A stretch of 45,458 bases of DNA from Pseudomonas phage vB_PseudoP-SA22, in the sequence record OP793496.1. One strand, 5' to 3'. This document shows positions 26,795 to 34,577 of this stretch, one piece after another (within the stretch, counting starts at the first letter, position 1; each line of letters begins with the position of its first letter). Both the position numbers and the translations under genes were made by a program. The notes below the pieces were generated by a model. The model did not search any database. It was given only the letters and a program-made list of their open reading frames with translations, and was not told the DNA's origin.

Positions 26795-28432
26795 TCAGTG
26801 TGTGTCATACCATGAGCGACCAGCGATAGAATCACTAGCCAAAGGACAGTTAACCCCGAGGAGTTCCCCAGCATCCCGGACACAGACTTCCATCTGCCCA
26901 CGTAGCGCAAGGAGATCATCCGGGTGGCATTCCCACTGACCCTCATCATGGATATCCAAGACTTTCCAAGCACGCAGGTTTAGCCTACGAACCCGCTCGT
27001 CTAGGAGCACCATGGCCCACTTCATGACAATTGCACCTGCTGCTTGTAGGAGGGTGTTCAATGCCTTGTGGATCATCACGTCGCCAGACTCAGAACGTCG
27101 CATGGTTAGCTTCCGTCCGTCTAGCCCTTCGAGATAACCCCTCTCGGCTTCCTGCTTAACCCTCTCAATCAGTGCAGCAAGGTCAGGGTTAGCCTCAAGG
27201 AACTGGGCCCGGAGTCTAGCGCCGTCTGCCCTGGTGCCTCCAATGATAGTCCCGATCTTGGCATCCCCAGCACCGTAGATGAAGGCGTAGATGAACGTCT
27301 TAGCATCGTCACGGGTTGGGAGGCCTGCGGCTATCTGGTTGGCAGTGTGTACATCACCCTCGACCACCTCTTTGGTGTACTCTGGGTTATTGATGTAGGA
27401 TGCAAGCATCCGAAGCTCTAGTCCAGCACCATCATAGCCCACGAAGATCATTTGATTCGCTGGGACGTATATCTTGTGCTTTCCTACAGGCTTCCACTTA
27501 CCTTTCTTGAGTTCCTCCACTATGTTAGTGAAGGGCCTAACCCTTTCGTTCTCTCCAATGTCTCGGCGGAGGACAGTCCATTTCCATTCACCGGCATCAG
27601 GTGTCCCCTGGAACAACCCTCGGATTTCTGGTCCAAAGGGAGAACGAGCAGCGGGGATATTGACTACTACACGGTGCCTCATTCGGCCCGTAGGTGTTGC
27701 ACAGGGGTTAGCACTCCCCTCTAGGCGTCCATCGGGCCTCACCTGATCTACCAGCCCCTGCAAGAGGGACCGACGGTGGGCCCAAACCATTCGCTGCATC
27801 ACCAGCTTTCCCAGGTCGCCCTGGACGGTATCCATCGACTCTTCAGTCATCTTAGGAGTCGTTAGTACCTTTCGTTGCCTTTCTAGCTTTCTCTTGACCT
27901 CTCCGATTGTAGTCTTACCAGGGATGATCCCCTGGAGCTTCATTCGGAGTCGTCCAGATTTACTCTGTCGGAGATCCTCAATGTACTTATTCAAGGACTC
28001 GTTAAGGTCGGACCCACGTAGCTTCTTGCCATCAGTGCCGACAGTAATATCCTTGATGTTCCATTGGTCAGGAACCCATCCCTGATCCAGCATCCAATCC
28101 TTGAACTTGGCAGTCTTACCAAGATCGAAGGGTATGTACTCGATTGCAGTGAAGGGTCCAGAGACTTCGAAATGCCCAAGACGCTGCCATAAGGACTGGA
28201 GCCTTTGATTCGGCTTACCACTCTTTAGGAATGGCTTGCTGAAGGCCCCAGCCTTTACGATCATCATCGGCATCTGGGGGACGGCCTCAAGGTCAATCTT
28301 GAGGATTCGTTCGGTAAGCACATGGATCAGCCACTTGGCCCGCTGAGTCTTGAAGTGGACTCCACGTTTACTCTGGCGACTGATAATATCAGCTACCTTG
28401 TGCTCAACGAACAGTGACTTTCTCCAATCCAC
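26795..28432 (-). CDS. DNA polymerase, family A polymerase domain only (no exonuclease domain)
   Basis: Motif A VGYDGAGLELRMLA, motif B RDDAKTFIYAFIYGAG, motif C VLDIHDEGQWE. ORF as drawn begins at a GTG directly after an in-frame TAA; first ATG further in. Confidence 0.9.
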   Translation of the reverse strand: MDWRKSLFVEHKVADIISRQSKRGVHFKTQRAKWLIHVLTERILKIDLEAVPQMPMMIVKAGAFSKPFLKSGKPNQRLQSLWQRLGHFEVSGPFTAIEYIPFDLGKTAKFKDWMLDQGWVPDQWNIKDITVGTDGKKLRGSDLNESLNKYIEDLRQSKSGRLRMKLQGIIPGKTTIGEVKRKLERQRKVLTTPKMTEESMDTVQGDLGKLVMQRMVWAHRRSLLQGLVDQVRPDGRLEGSANPCATPTGRMRHRVVVNIPAARSPFGPEIRGLFQGTPDAGEWKWTVLRRDIGENERVRPFTNIVEELKKGKWKPVGKHKIYVPANQMIFVGYDGAGLELRMLASYINNPEYTKEVVEGDVHTANQIAAGLPTRDDAKTFIYAFIYGAGDAKIGTIIGGTRADGARLRAQFLEANPDLAALIERVKQEAERGYLEGLDGRKLTMRRSESGDVMIHKALNTLLQAAGAIVMKWAMVLLDERVRRLNLRAWKVLDIHDEGQWECHPDDLLALRGQMEVCVRDAGELLGVNCPLASDSIAGRSWYDTH

Positions 28433-28672
28433 TTAGTCCCCCTTAAGACGCTCCGCCAGATTCTCTACGACTACCTCCACGGCCTCGTCGGAGATACCCT
28501 CCAGGTAGGAGAGGTAGTCCACGGTTCCGCTTCGGTCCAGTCGCCATTGCTGCTCCAAGAACGCTACAGCAACTTGCTTGAGCAGGAAGTCATCTACCCG
28601 CTCCATGAGAACACTTTTGATCTTGCTCATGTTATCACCAGTCGAAAATGAAGTAGGAACATCCACGCTCAC
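28433..28672 (-). CDS. Hypothetical 79-aa protein, in the same frame as the polymerase ORF and separated from it by a single TAA
   Basis: Frame arithmetic on coordinates; ...AERLKGD * VDWRKSLFVEH. Confidence 0.35.
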   Translation of the reverse strand: MSVDVPTSFSTGDNMSKIKSVLMERVDDFLLKQVAVAFLEQQWRLDRSGTVDYLSYLEGISDEAVEVVVENLAERLKGD

Positions 28673-29144
28673 AGGCGAGGTCTACCAGGTACCAGGATAG
28701 GTCAACCTTGCGCTGGATATCCTTGATATCACTCAGCTCTTCATCGGACAGATTGAGGGTATCACCCCGCTTCTCCTTAAGGAATTGAAACTCCCATTTC
28801 TTCTCCTCTTGGGAGACAACCAGGGTATCCCGAGGATCCAGCTGGGTGCCCCTGTCCACATAGAAGTCATCGTAGAGACTCATATCCTTGTCACGAATCC
28901 GGGTGTTTCGACGATCCGAGTAGGAACTCAGGTTCAGGTGAGACCCCGTGAAATAGCTCACCCCCAGGAATCCCTCGGGCAGGCTCAGGAACACCCGACG
29001 CTTCTCCCGTAGGGTAATGTGGGGACTGCTGAGGAACTTACGGATGTTAGTCCTTTGTACCTCCATACCCTTATGTAGGGCAGAAGCCATATTACACAGG
29101 TACTTACCACGGACATGTTTGGAGTAGCTTACATGGTCACTCAT
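28635..29144 (-). CDS. Hypothetical protein (169 aa)
   Basis: ORF track; first gene after the 29.2-kb promoter, AGGAG SD. Confidence 0.45.
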   Translation of the reverse strand: MSDHVSYSKHVRGKYLCNMASALHKGMEVQRTNIRKFLSSPHITLREKRRVFLSLPEGFLGVSYFTGSHLNLSSYSDRRNTRIRDKDMSLYDDFYVDRGTQLDPRDTLVVSQEEKKWEFQFLKEKRGDTLNLSDEELSDIKDIQRKVDLSWYLVDLACERGCSYFIFDW

Positions 29145-29189
29145 TTGTATCTCCTATAGGGGTAAAGCAACCCCCGGCACCTTAAGGTT

Positions 29190-29218
29190 ATTATATCACA
29201 CTTTGCTGGATTTGTCAA
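29190..29218 (-). promoter_or_regulatory. Perfect-consensus sigma70 promoter TTGACA-17-TATAAT (extended TGTGa) with conserved leader AACCTTAAGGTGCCGGGGGTTGCTTT
   Basis: Minus strand cTTGACAaatccagcaaagtgtgaTATAATaaccttaagg. Confidence 0.8.
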
Positions 29219-29220
29219 GA

Positions 29221-29508
29221 CTATTTGTGGAAAACTCTGTCATACCACTTGTAGAAGTATTGAGCAGAGGTAATCCCAATAGCACCTCCCCACCCGGACA
29301 CGAAGATGAACCATCCGATATCCAGGTGAGAAGAGGCTACAGCCTTGATGTAAGCAAACTGAGCCAGCGTGATACACCAAGACACTACAAACCCAGCCTT
29401 GATCTTGTCATCCCGGAGCAGCTTAGAATTCAACCCCAGGAGGAATACCTGGAAGAATGCACTCCAGAAGATGACAAGGACTTGTAGAGCTATTGACATG
29501 ACTCGCAT
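29221..29508 (-). CDS. Three-TM small membrane protein (95 aa)
   Basis: Hydrophobic segments IALQVLVIFWSAFFQVFLLGL, GFVVSWCITLAQFAYIKAV, IGWFIFVSGWGGAIGITSAQYF. Confidence 0.5.
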   Translation of the reverse strand: MRVMSIALQVLVIFWSAFFQVFLLGLNSKLLRDDKIKAGFVVSWCITLAQFAYIKAVASSHLDIGWFIFVSGWGGAIGITSAQYFYKWYDRVFHK

Positions 29509-29693
29509 ACCTCGGGATCTAGGCCACAGGCACTACCCAAGGGGAAGTCATCAGCATCGATCTCGGGGCCACCCCAGCTACCAGAGAACTCCTTCTCCAG
29601 GGCAATCTCCTTCCGTGCCTGATCCTCCAGGCTTTCCTTCTTACTCGCCATCGTTAATCTCCTCCACAGAAACCCATCCACGGACAGCCCCAA
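29490..29693 (-). CDS. Hypothetical protein (67 aa)
   Basis: ORF track. Confidence 0.35.
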   Translation of the reverse strand: MGLSVDGFLWRRLTMASKKESLEDQARKEIALEKEFSGSWGGPEIDADDFPLGSACGLDPEVCESCQ

Positions 29694-29832
29694 CCTCGTT
29701 GGCCCGTACGGTCATTGGATTGGCATCGGAATCACCCAGGAAGAATCGAATGATATCCAACTCGATTCGATAGAAGTCCGCAGTGAACACCTTGGTGTCC
29801 TGGAACCCCACGTTAACCCGATACTTCTTCAT
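29641..29832 (-). CDS. Hypothetical protein (63 aa)
   Basis: ORF track. Confidence 0.35.
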   Translation of the reverse strand: MKKYRVNVGFQDTKVFTADFYRIELDIIRFFLGDSDANPMTVRANEVGAVRGWVSVEEINDGE

Positions 29833-30046
29833 TCTTACCTCCCAGAAGTTCTTCGAGATTAGCCAGTACCTTCTGGGCCTTCAGGTTGTCCTGCATGACC
29901 TGGGTACGCTCAGCTTTGAGAAGGCTGATCTCGTTGTAGATGCGCTCAGATTCCTCCGAAGACTCTTGGATGAAGGTCTTCAGGTTCACCAGAACCTTAT
30001 CGAAGGAACTGAGGATGTTACTGATGCTAAGCTTTCGATTGAACAT
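29813..30046 (-). CDS. Hypothetical coiled-coil protein (77 aa)
   Basis: ORF track. Confidence 0.35.
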   Translation of the reverse strand: MFNRKLSISNILSSFDKVLVNLKTFIQESSEESERIYNEISLLKAERTQVMQDNLKAQKVLANLEELLGGKNEEVSG

Positions 30047-30081
30047 AGAGAGTCCTCGGGGGCCCGAAGGCCCCTCCTTAG

Positions 30082-30393
30082 TTACTTTTTCTTACGAATG
30101 CCTTTGGCCTTACGATTGCCCACACGACCACCATCAGCAGCGTTAGAAGAATGACTACGGACGCGGAGATTAGAATCCCCGTTACCGCCACCATCTTTAA
30201 CACGTTTGATATGATCGACAACCTCGTCGGCTCCGAGTTTCCTTCCAAGACGCTTTTCCACCTTTCGGCGGGCTCGGTGCCGCTGAGCATCTCCAGACTT
30301 AGACCCCACGCCCGTTTCGCCGCGTCGAATAGCCAGTTCCCTTTCACGCTTGTAGTTCCTCACTCGCTTTTTAGCCAATCTACAGTCCTCCAT
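30082..30393 (-). CDS. HNH endonuclease (small, very basic)
   Basis: EVVDHIKRVKDGGGNGDSNLRVRSHSSN = DH...GG.....NL....N HNH signature; Lys/Arg-rich termini. Confidence 0.7.
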   Translation of the reverse strand: MEDCRLAKKRVRNYKRERELAIRRGETGVGSKSGDAQRHRARRKVEKRLGRKLGADEVVDHIKRVKDGGGNGDSNLRVRSHSSNAADGGRVGNRKAKGIRKKK

Positions 30394-30908
30394 TCAACAA
30401 GCTCTTGCCAAGTCATGCCGAGTACCCGGAGGAGGTAGTTGAACAGTGCGTGACTGACCACTCCATCCTGAAGGCAATACTCAAACATTTCTTCGGAGAA
30501 CTTGGAGAAGTCGTTGAAATCACCCTTGTGACACTTCAGGAATCTACCCCAGGCACCCAGGGAATGACCCTGGGGTCGGTCTGGCCAAGTCAACCTCGAT
30601 GCAACCAAGGTGTCGTAGCTTCGATCCGGAGGGATGATGATCCCATGAAGTTTCTCAAGGACCCGGTTGTCGTAGTCTAGGATGTTATGCCCGACCACGA
30701 ACTTTGCATGGGCGATGATGCGGTAGAACACATCCATTTCCTCGGGCCGGAATCCCCGGACTATCCCAGTTGGAATGTCTACTACAACAGCGCACCATAG
30801 CCTTGTGACCTCATTGAAGAGTCCATCCCCCTCAAGGTCATAGATCACGTAATCAAATTGGGGTGTCATCGTCAGCAGGTACCTCGTCGTAACTGCCCTC
30901 ACGCTCAA
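30360..30908 (-). CDS. DnaQ-like 3'-5' exonuclease (DEDDy): stand-alone proofreading domain of the split DNA polymerase
   Basis: Exo I YVIYDLEGDGL, Exo II VVGHNILDYD, Exo III YCLQD. Confidence 0.75.
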   Translation of the reverse strand: MSVRAVTTRYLLTMTPQFDYVIYDLEGDGLFNEVTRLWCAVVVDIPTGIVRGFRPEEMDVFYRIIAHAKFVVGHNILDYDNRVLEKLHGIIIPPDRSYDTLVASRLTWPDRPQGHSLGAWGRFLKCHKGDFNDFSKFSEEMFEYCLQDGVVSHALFNYLLRVLGMTWQELVEWRTVDWLKSE

Positions 30909-32562
30909 CCAATCGGCCCGTCTCAGGGTTATACTTGGTGAACACTAGGCCAGTGTTACCGTAGTTCCTGTCCTTGATTACACGGATTCGACTCTCGTGC
31001 TTCTCTTCGCCGTCAGCCTGCTTGTTCCGCTCGAAGCCGATCATAAGCTGACACCACCGCTGCATAGCTCGGGAACCAGTGAACTGGCTTTCCTTTACTT
31101 CAGCACCCTCCTCGTGGGTACGGTTACCCTTGGGTGGGTTAAGGTGGGAGAAGATGAAGATCCGCAGTCCTAGCTCGTCGGCCATCCCTGCGAGCTCTGT
31201 ACAGATACGAGCGATCTCCGTGTTCATTTCGGAAGGACTAAGGTGGTTGGTCATGGCGGTCATGTTATCCAGGAGGATAGTCTTCACATCCATGGCTACT
31301 GCCCAGAAGCGAATACACTCCTTGATATGATCCCAGTCGTTCTGACCCTTATTCTTCCACATGAAGAGCTTGCCACGTAGTTTACCCGCAGCATCTTTAA
31401 AGGCTTGCTCATCCCACTCAATATCCGGTCGGTGGAAGGGCACGTTGGCTACCTTCCCCGCGATATTCTTAAGTGTCATGGCTACCTGCTCTTCCAACAG
31501 GAATGTCCCTACGTTCTCCCCGTGCTCAATGCAATTCCAGGCAGCAATCTCGTGGGCCAACAGGGTCTTACCGATACCAGTACCACCGCCTACCCCGATG
31601 ATTTCACCATCACGCTGACCGTAGGTAAGGTTGGTTAGGCCCTCCCACGGATAGCTCTTGCCCCACTTAGGGGGTTCCAGAGCCTCAGCATATACCTCAT
31701 CGACAGTCACGGAGCAGTCAGGAGACTTCACCTTGCTGCCGAATCGGATCATCTGGTAGACCTCATCCCCCCGATTACGCATGAGCATGTCGTTAGCATC
31801 CTTCAGAGGAAGCTCGACAAACTTACACTCAGGGTACAGGGCACGTACTTTTTCTACTGACTTACGCCCCTCGTCATCAGCATCGTGGCAATAGATGACC
31901 TCGTTGAACCGATCAAGGACACCAGACTCCTTAAGGAATGCGATATCCCTCCCAGCAGAACCAACACCCGAGGACCAACTAATGGATGCCTGCCGAAGAT
32001 GCTTCCACTTCTCGGGCAGCTTCGACTCCATGATCTGGGCTACAGACATAGCCGACAGTTCATCCTCGCAGATGACTAACCGCAGGTGTCCCATATCCTT
32101 ATGCCGAAGGGTATTATACCCGAAGGGGTCTACACCGCCCTTGGGGCTTCCACGGTAGTAGAAGGCCTTAGGCTCTAGGATTCGGACGTTGAACGCTCGG
32201 TACTCCCCTTCGCGAGTGCGTGGATAGTAATGCTCGATAACGTCCTCACCATTTTCTTGTGATAGACCAACACGTACCCCGTACCGTTCAGCGATTGATT
32301 TGCTGATCTTTCGAGTATCGAGGGCTTTAATTGGATACTCAAGGACTTCGTTGACTTCATGGATGATATCCTCCTCGGATTTCTCCTTACGCTCTGGTAC
32401 CTTGAAACCCTCTTCTAGGACTTCGTAGTGGCCACAGCGGTTACAACTTCCGAACCGAGTACCCTTTTCTGTATCAACGAACAAGATGAGGTGATTTCCT
32501 GTTTTATCCCCACCTTTAGCTCGGCAACCCGGACAAGCCGTATCACCGATGATTTTCTTCAC
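30853..32562 (-). CDS. Primase-helicase, T7 gp4-like (Zn-ribbon + TOPRIM + DnaB-type helicase)
   Basis: CPGCRAKGG...CNRCGH zinc ribbon; TOPRIM LVICEDELSAMSVAQ; Walker A GVGGGTGIGKT; FIFSHLNPP. Confidence 0.9.
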   Translation of the reverse strand: MKKIIGDTACPGCRAKGGDKTGNHLILFVDTEKGTRFGSCNRCGHYEVLEEGFKVPERKEKSEEDIIHEVNEVLEYPIKALDTRKISKSIAERYGVRVGLSQENGEDVIEHYYPRTREGEYRAFNVRILEPKAFYYRGSPKGGVDPFGYNTLRHKDMGHLRLVICEDELSAMSVAQIMESKLPEKWKHLRQASISWSSGVGSAGRDIAFLKESGVLDRFNEVIYCHDADDEGRKSVEKVRALYPECKFVELPLKDANDMLMRNRGDEVYQMIRFGSKVKSPDCSVTVDEVYAEALEPPKWGKSYPWEGLTNLTYGQRDGEIIGVGGGTGIGKTLLAHEIAAWNCIEHGENVGTFLLEEQVAMTLKNIAGKVANVPFHRPDIEWDEQAFKDAAGKLRGKLFMWKNKGQNDWDHIKECIRFWAVAMDVKTILLDNMTAMTNHLSPSEMNTEIARICTELAGMADELGLRIFIFSHLNPPKGNRTHEEGAEVKESQFTGSRAMQRWCQLMIGFERNKQADGEEKHESRIRVIKDRNYGNTGLVFTKYNPETGRLVEREGSYDEVPADDDTPI

Positions 32563-32940
32563 TTACCCCTCCAGTTGACTCTTGAGAACCAGGCTTGGTA
32601 CAGCATTCACGTTGCCCGGTAGGGTTTTATAGGGAGTTGTTACGAAGGTACCGTAGACCTCCTCCAGTTCCCGAAGACGATCCTCGATTTTCTTCAGTCG
32701 CTCCCACATGAAGCGAATTCCAATGGATTCGTCACAGTACCCACCGTAGCTGGTCTCGGGACTATCCGAGGCCTCCGGAATCTTGGAGACCTCGATAGAG
32801 TCTTGGAGGTGTCGCTGGGAAGCTACAAGGCCCAGGATCTCCTTGAGAAGCATCTTCTGGGCATGTAGCTCTTGGTGTCCGAAGGTATTCGGAGTATCGC
32901 GGTAGACTTCTACTGCTTTGTCTACGGTCATTTCGTTCAT
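32563..32940 (-). CDS. Hypothetical protein (125 aa)
   Basis: ORF track; ATG overlaps the GGCT-like gene stop. Confidence 0.4.
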   Translation of the reverse strand: MNEMTVDKAVEVYRDTPNTFGHQELHAQKMLLKEILGLVASQRHLQDSIEVSKIPEASDSPETSYGGYCDESIGIRFMWERLKKIEDRLRELEEVYGTFVTTPYKTLPGNVNAVPSLVLKSQLEG

Positions 32941-33338
32941 TATACTGCTCCTTGTCGTTTTGCCAGGTGTGCCTTCCAGTCGCCATCCTTGACGATATCC
33001 ATCGCCATGTGGCTATCCTGATGGTACACCAGGGCCTTGATGCGTTCCCCATTGATTCGGAAATCCTTGAGGGTACGATCATACCAACCCGGATAACCCT
33101 CTAGGGCATCCAGGTTCTCCAGCATTTCATCCCCCGCTTCGCCCTCGGGGAGTTGCCAGATTTCACCTACGATGAGGTCAGCACGGGAGGCGAAGGAGAG
33201 GATGGGGAAGCCGCCAGCGGAGTACATCAGACCCCGCTCGCAGGATACAGCATTGCCGATGAACTCGGCCCCTTCCAGAAGGTAGTGGTTGTACAAACCT
33301 GACAGGAGAGTACCATAAACGAAAACACGAACAGCCAT
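32940..33338 (-). CDS. Gamma-glutamyl cyclotransferase-like (AIG2/GGCT fold) protein
   Basis: N-terminal VFVYGTLLSGLYNHYLL (YGTL motif) and conserved acidic region EGEAGDEMLENLDALEGYP; 132 aa, typical size. Confidence 0.6.
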   Translation of the reverse strand: MAVRVFVYGTLLSGLYNHYLLEGAEFIGNAVSCERGLMYSAGGFPILSFASRADLIVGEIWQLPEGEAGDEMLENLDALEGYPGWYDRTLKDFRINGERIKALVYHQDSHMAMDIVKDGDWKAHLAKRQGAV

Positions 33339-34219
33339 TAGATAGTCTCCTCGAAGATTTTGCTGAAGCCCTTGACGTATGCCTCCAGGGCGCTGCCTTC
33401 AGCGTCCAGACCTGGGGCGGTGTTGATCTCCAGGACAAAAGCCCGGCCAGTGGCGTGCTGGAAGATAATGTCTACTGCACCGAAGTCCAGTCCGGCCACC
33501 TGGATAGCCTCGGCAGCCGCAGACAGTGCCTGCTCTGCACCTTCACGGTCAGCCGCATCATTCACCCCATAGACCCAACCGCCGGCTACGTTACGGACGA
33601 TGCTGTTGCCGTTATCTTCCTCGCCATCGGCGCGACGACGGAGCTTGACTTGCAGGAGGACTGCTTCCCCACGGATGACGTGGACTCGGAACTCGGTACG
33701 CTTACCAACGATGCCCTGGGTAAACAGTTGTGCCCTGGTGATAACCTCCGGGATGTGGGTGTGACCGTAGATGTGTACCGGGTAGTGACCCTGACGGCGA
33801 AGGTTGTCGATTGCAGTAACCTCGGCGTCGTTGATCGAACATACCAGATGGATACCACGACCGCTATGGCCGTTCAGATCAGTACGTGCATACATACGGC
33901 CAGTGATGTTGAGGACACCCAGGGCGTCTTCCCATCGCTCTGTCCAACGGGGAATCAGGTGAGGGGCATTGGCCTCGAAGTGGCGGAAGAACTCCAGCTT
34001 GTTAGAGCAGCGGTGAACAACTGCCGGGTCGTTGAGGAACACAGGGGCAATATCCCGGAGTCGGTGAGCCTCTGCACCAACGGTACCCCAGTTGATTACC
34101 GCAGTACCCGCACGACCCCGATAGGTAGACCCCTCGGAGCGAAGGATTCGAGCACCCAGGGCGTTACGAAGAGCGACAGCACCAGCAGAGGGGCGGGAAC
34201 CTTTATAGATATAGAACAT
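33338..34219 (-). CDS. ATP-grasp carboxylate-amine ligase (RimK/glutathione-synthetase-like)
   Basis: C-terminal catalytic signature DIIFQHATGRAFVLEINTAPGL (E-x-N...PG), VRNVAGGWVYGVND; 293 aa. Confidence 0.7.
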   Translation of the reverse strand: MFYIYKGSRPSAGAVALRNALGARILRSEGSTYRGRAGTAVINWGTVGAEAHRLRDIAPVFLNDPAVVHRCSNKLEFFRHFEANAPHLIPRWTERWEDALGVLNITGRMYARTDLNGHSGRGIHLVCSINDAEVTAIDNLRRQGHYPVHIYGHTHIPEVITRAQLFTQGIVGKRTEFRVHVIRGEAVLLQVKLRRRADGEEDNGNSIVRNVAGGWVYGVNDAADREGAEQALSAAAEAIQVAGLDFGAVDIIFQHATGRAFVLEINTAPGLDAEGSALEAYVKGFSKIFEETI

Positions 34220-34253
34220 GGCAAATCTCCTGTTTCTGTTGAGGGTAGTGAAG

Positions 34254-34339
34254 CCAGCAATAGCCCCTGGAATCCTAAGTTAGATCCCATGTACGCATCT
34301 TAGGAACCGGCATGGGTCGGCCAGGGGCTATTACTAACG
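34254..34339. repeat. Conserved long stem-loop element, copy A (CCAGCAATAGCCCCTGG ... CCAGGGGCTATTACTAACG) with nested inner inverted repeats
   Basis: 12-bp perfect outer stem; shares both arms with element at 40594..40637; sits directly upstream of SD of the ATP-grasp gene on the - strand. Confidence 0.7.
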
Positions 34340-34346
34340 CACTACC

Positions 34347-34568
34347 TTACTCGAAGTAGTCTTCGAAGAGTCGGTCGATAGCTTCCGCAATGACTACCGG
34401 GGCCGGTACCAGGAATTCCTCGTCCGGGTTGGCATCATTGAGTTCCTGCTCCTTGACTCGACGAATCGACTGGATCTTGTCCAGGGTGTCACGGGAGAAG
34501 GGATACTTACGGGTTGCGTCGGTCTCCATCTGGATCACTACTTGACGCTTCATCGTTACTTGGGTCAT
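34347..34568 (-). CDS. Hypothetical 73-aa protein, last gene of the amidoligase operon
   Basis: ORF track; 10-nt gap to GATase gene. Confidence 0.4.
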   Translation of the reverse strand: MTQVTMKRQVVIQMETDATRKYPFSRDTLDKIQSIRRVKEQELNDANPDEEFLVPAPVVIAEAIDRLFEDYFE

Positions 34569-34577
34569 TTTGACCTC

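Noticed and set aside
26795-30908. Group I intron or intein interrupting the DNA polymerase
   Set aside because: The 1.9-kb block between the exo and pol genes contains six ORFs and its own sigma70 promoter, and the pol ORF has contiguous motifs A, B and C. A two-gene split (possibly homing-endonuclease mediated) fits better than a self-splicing element, though an intron cannot be excluded without structure search.
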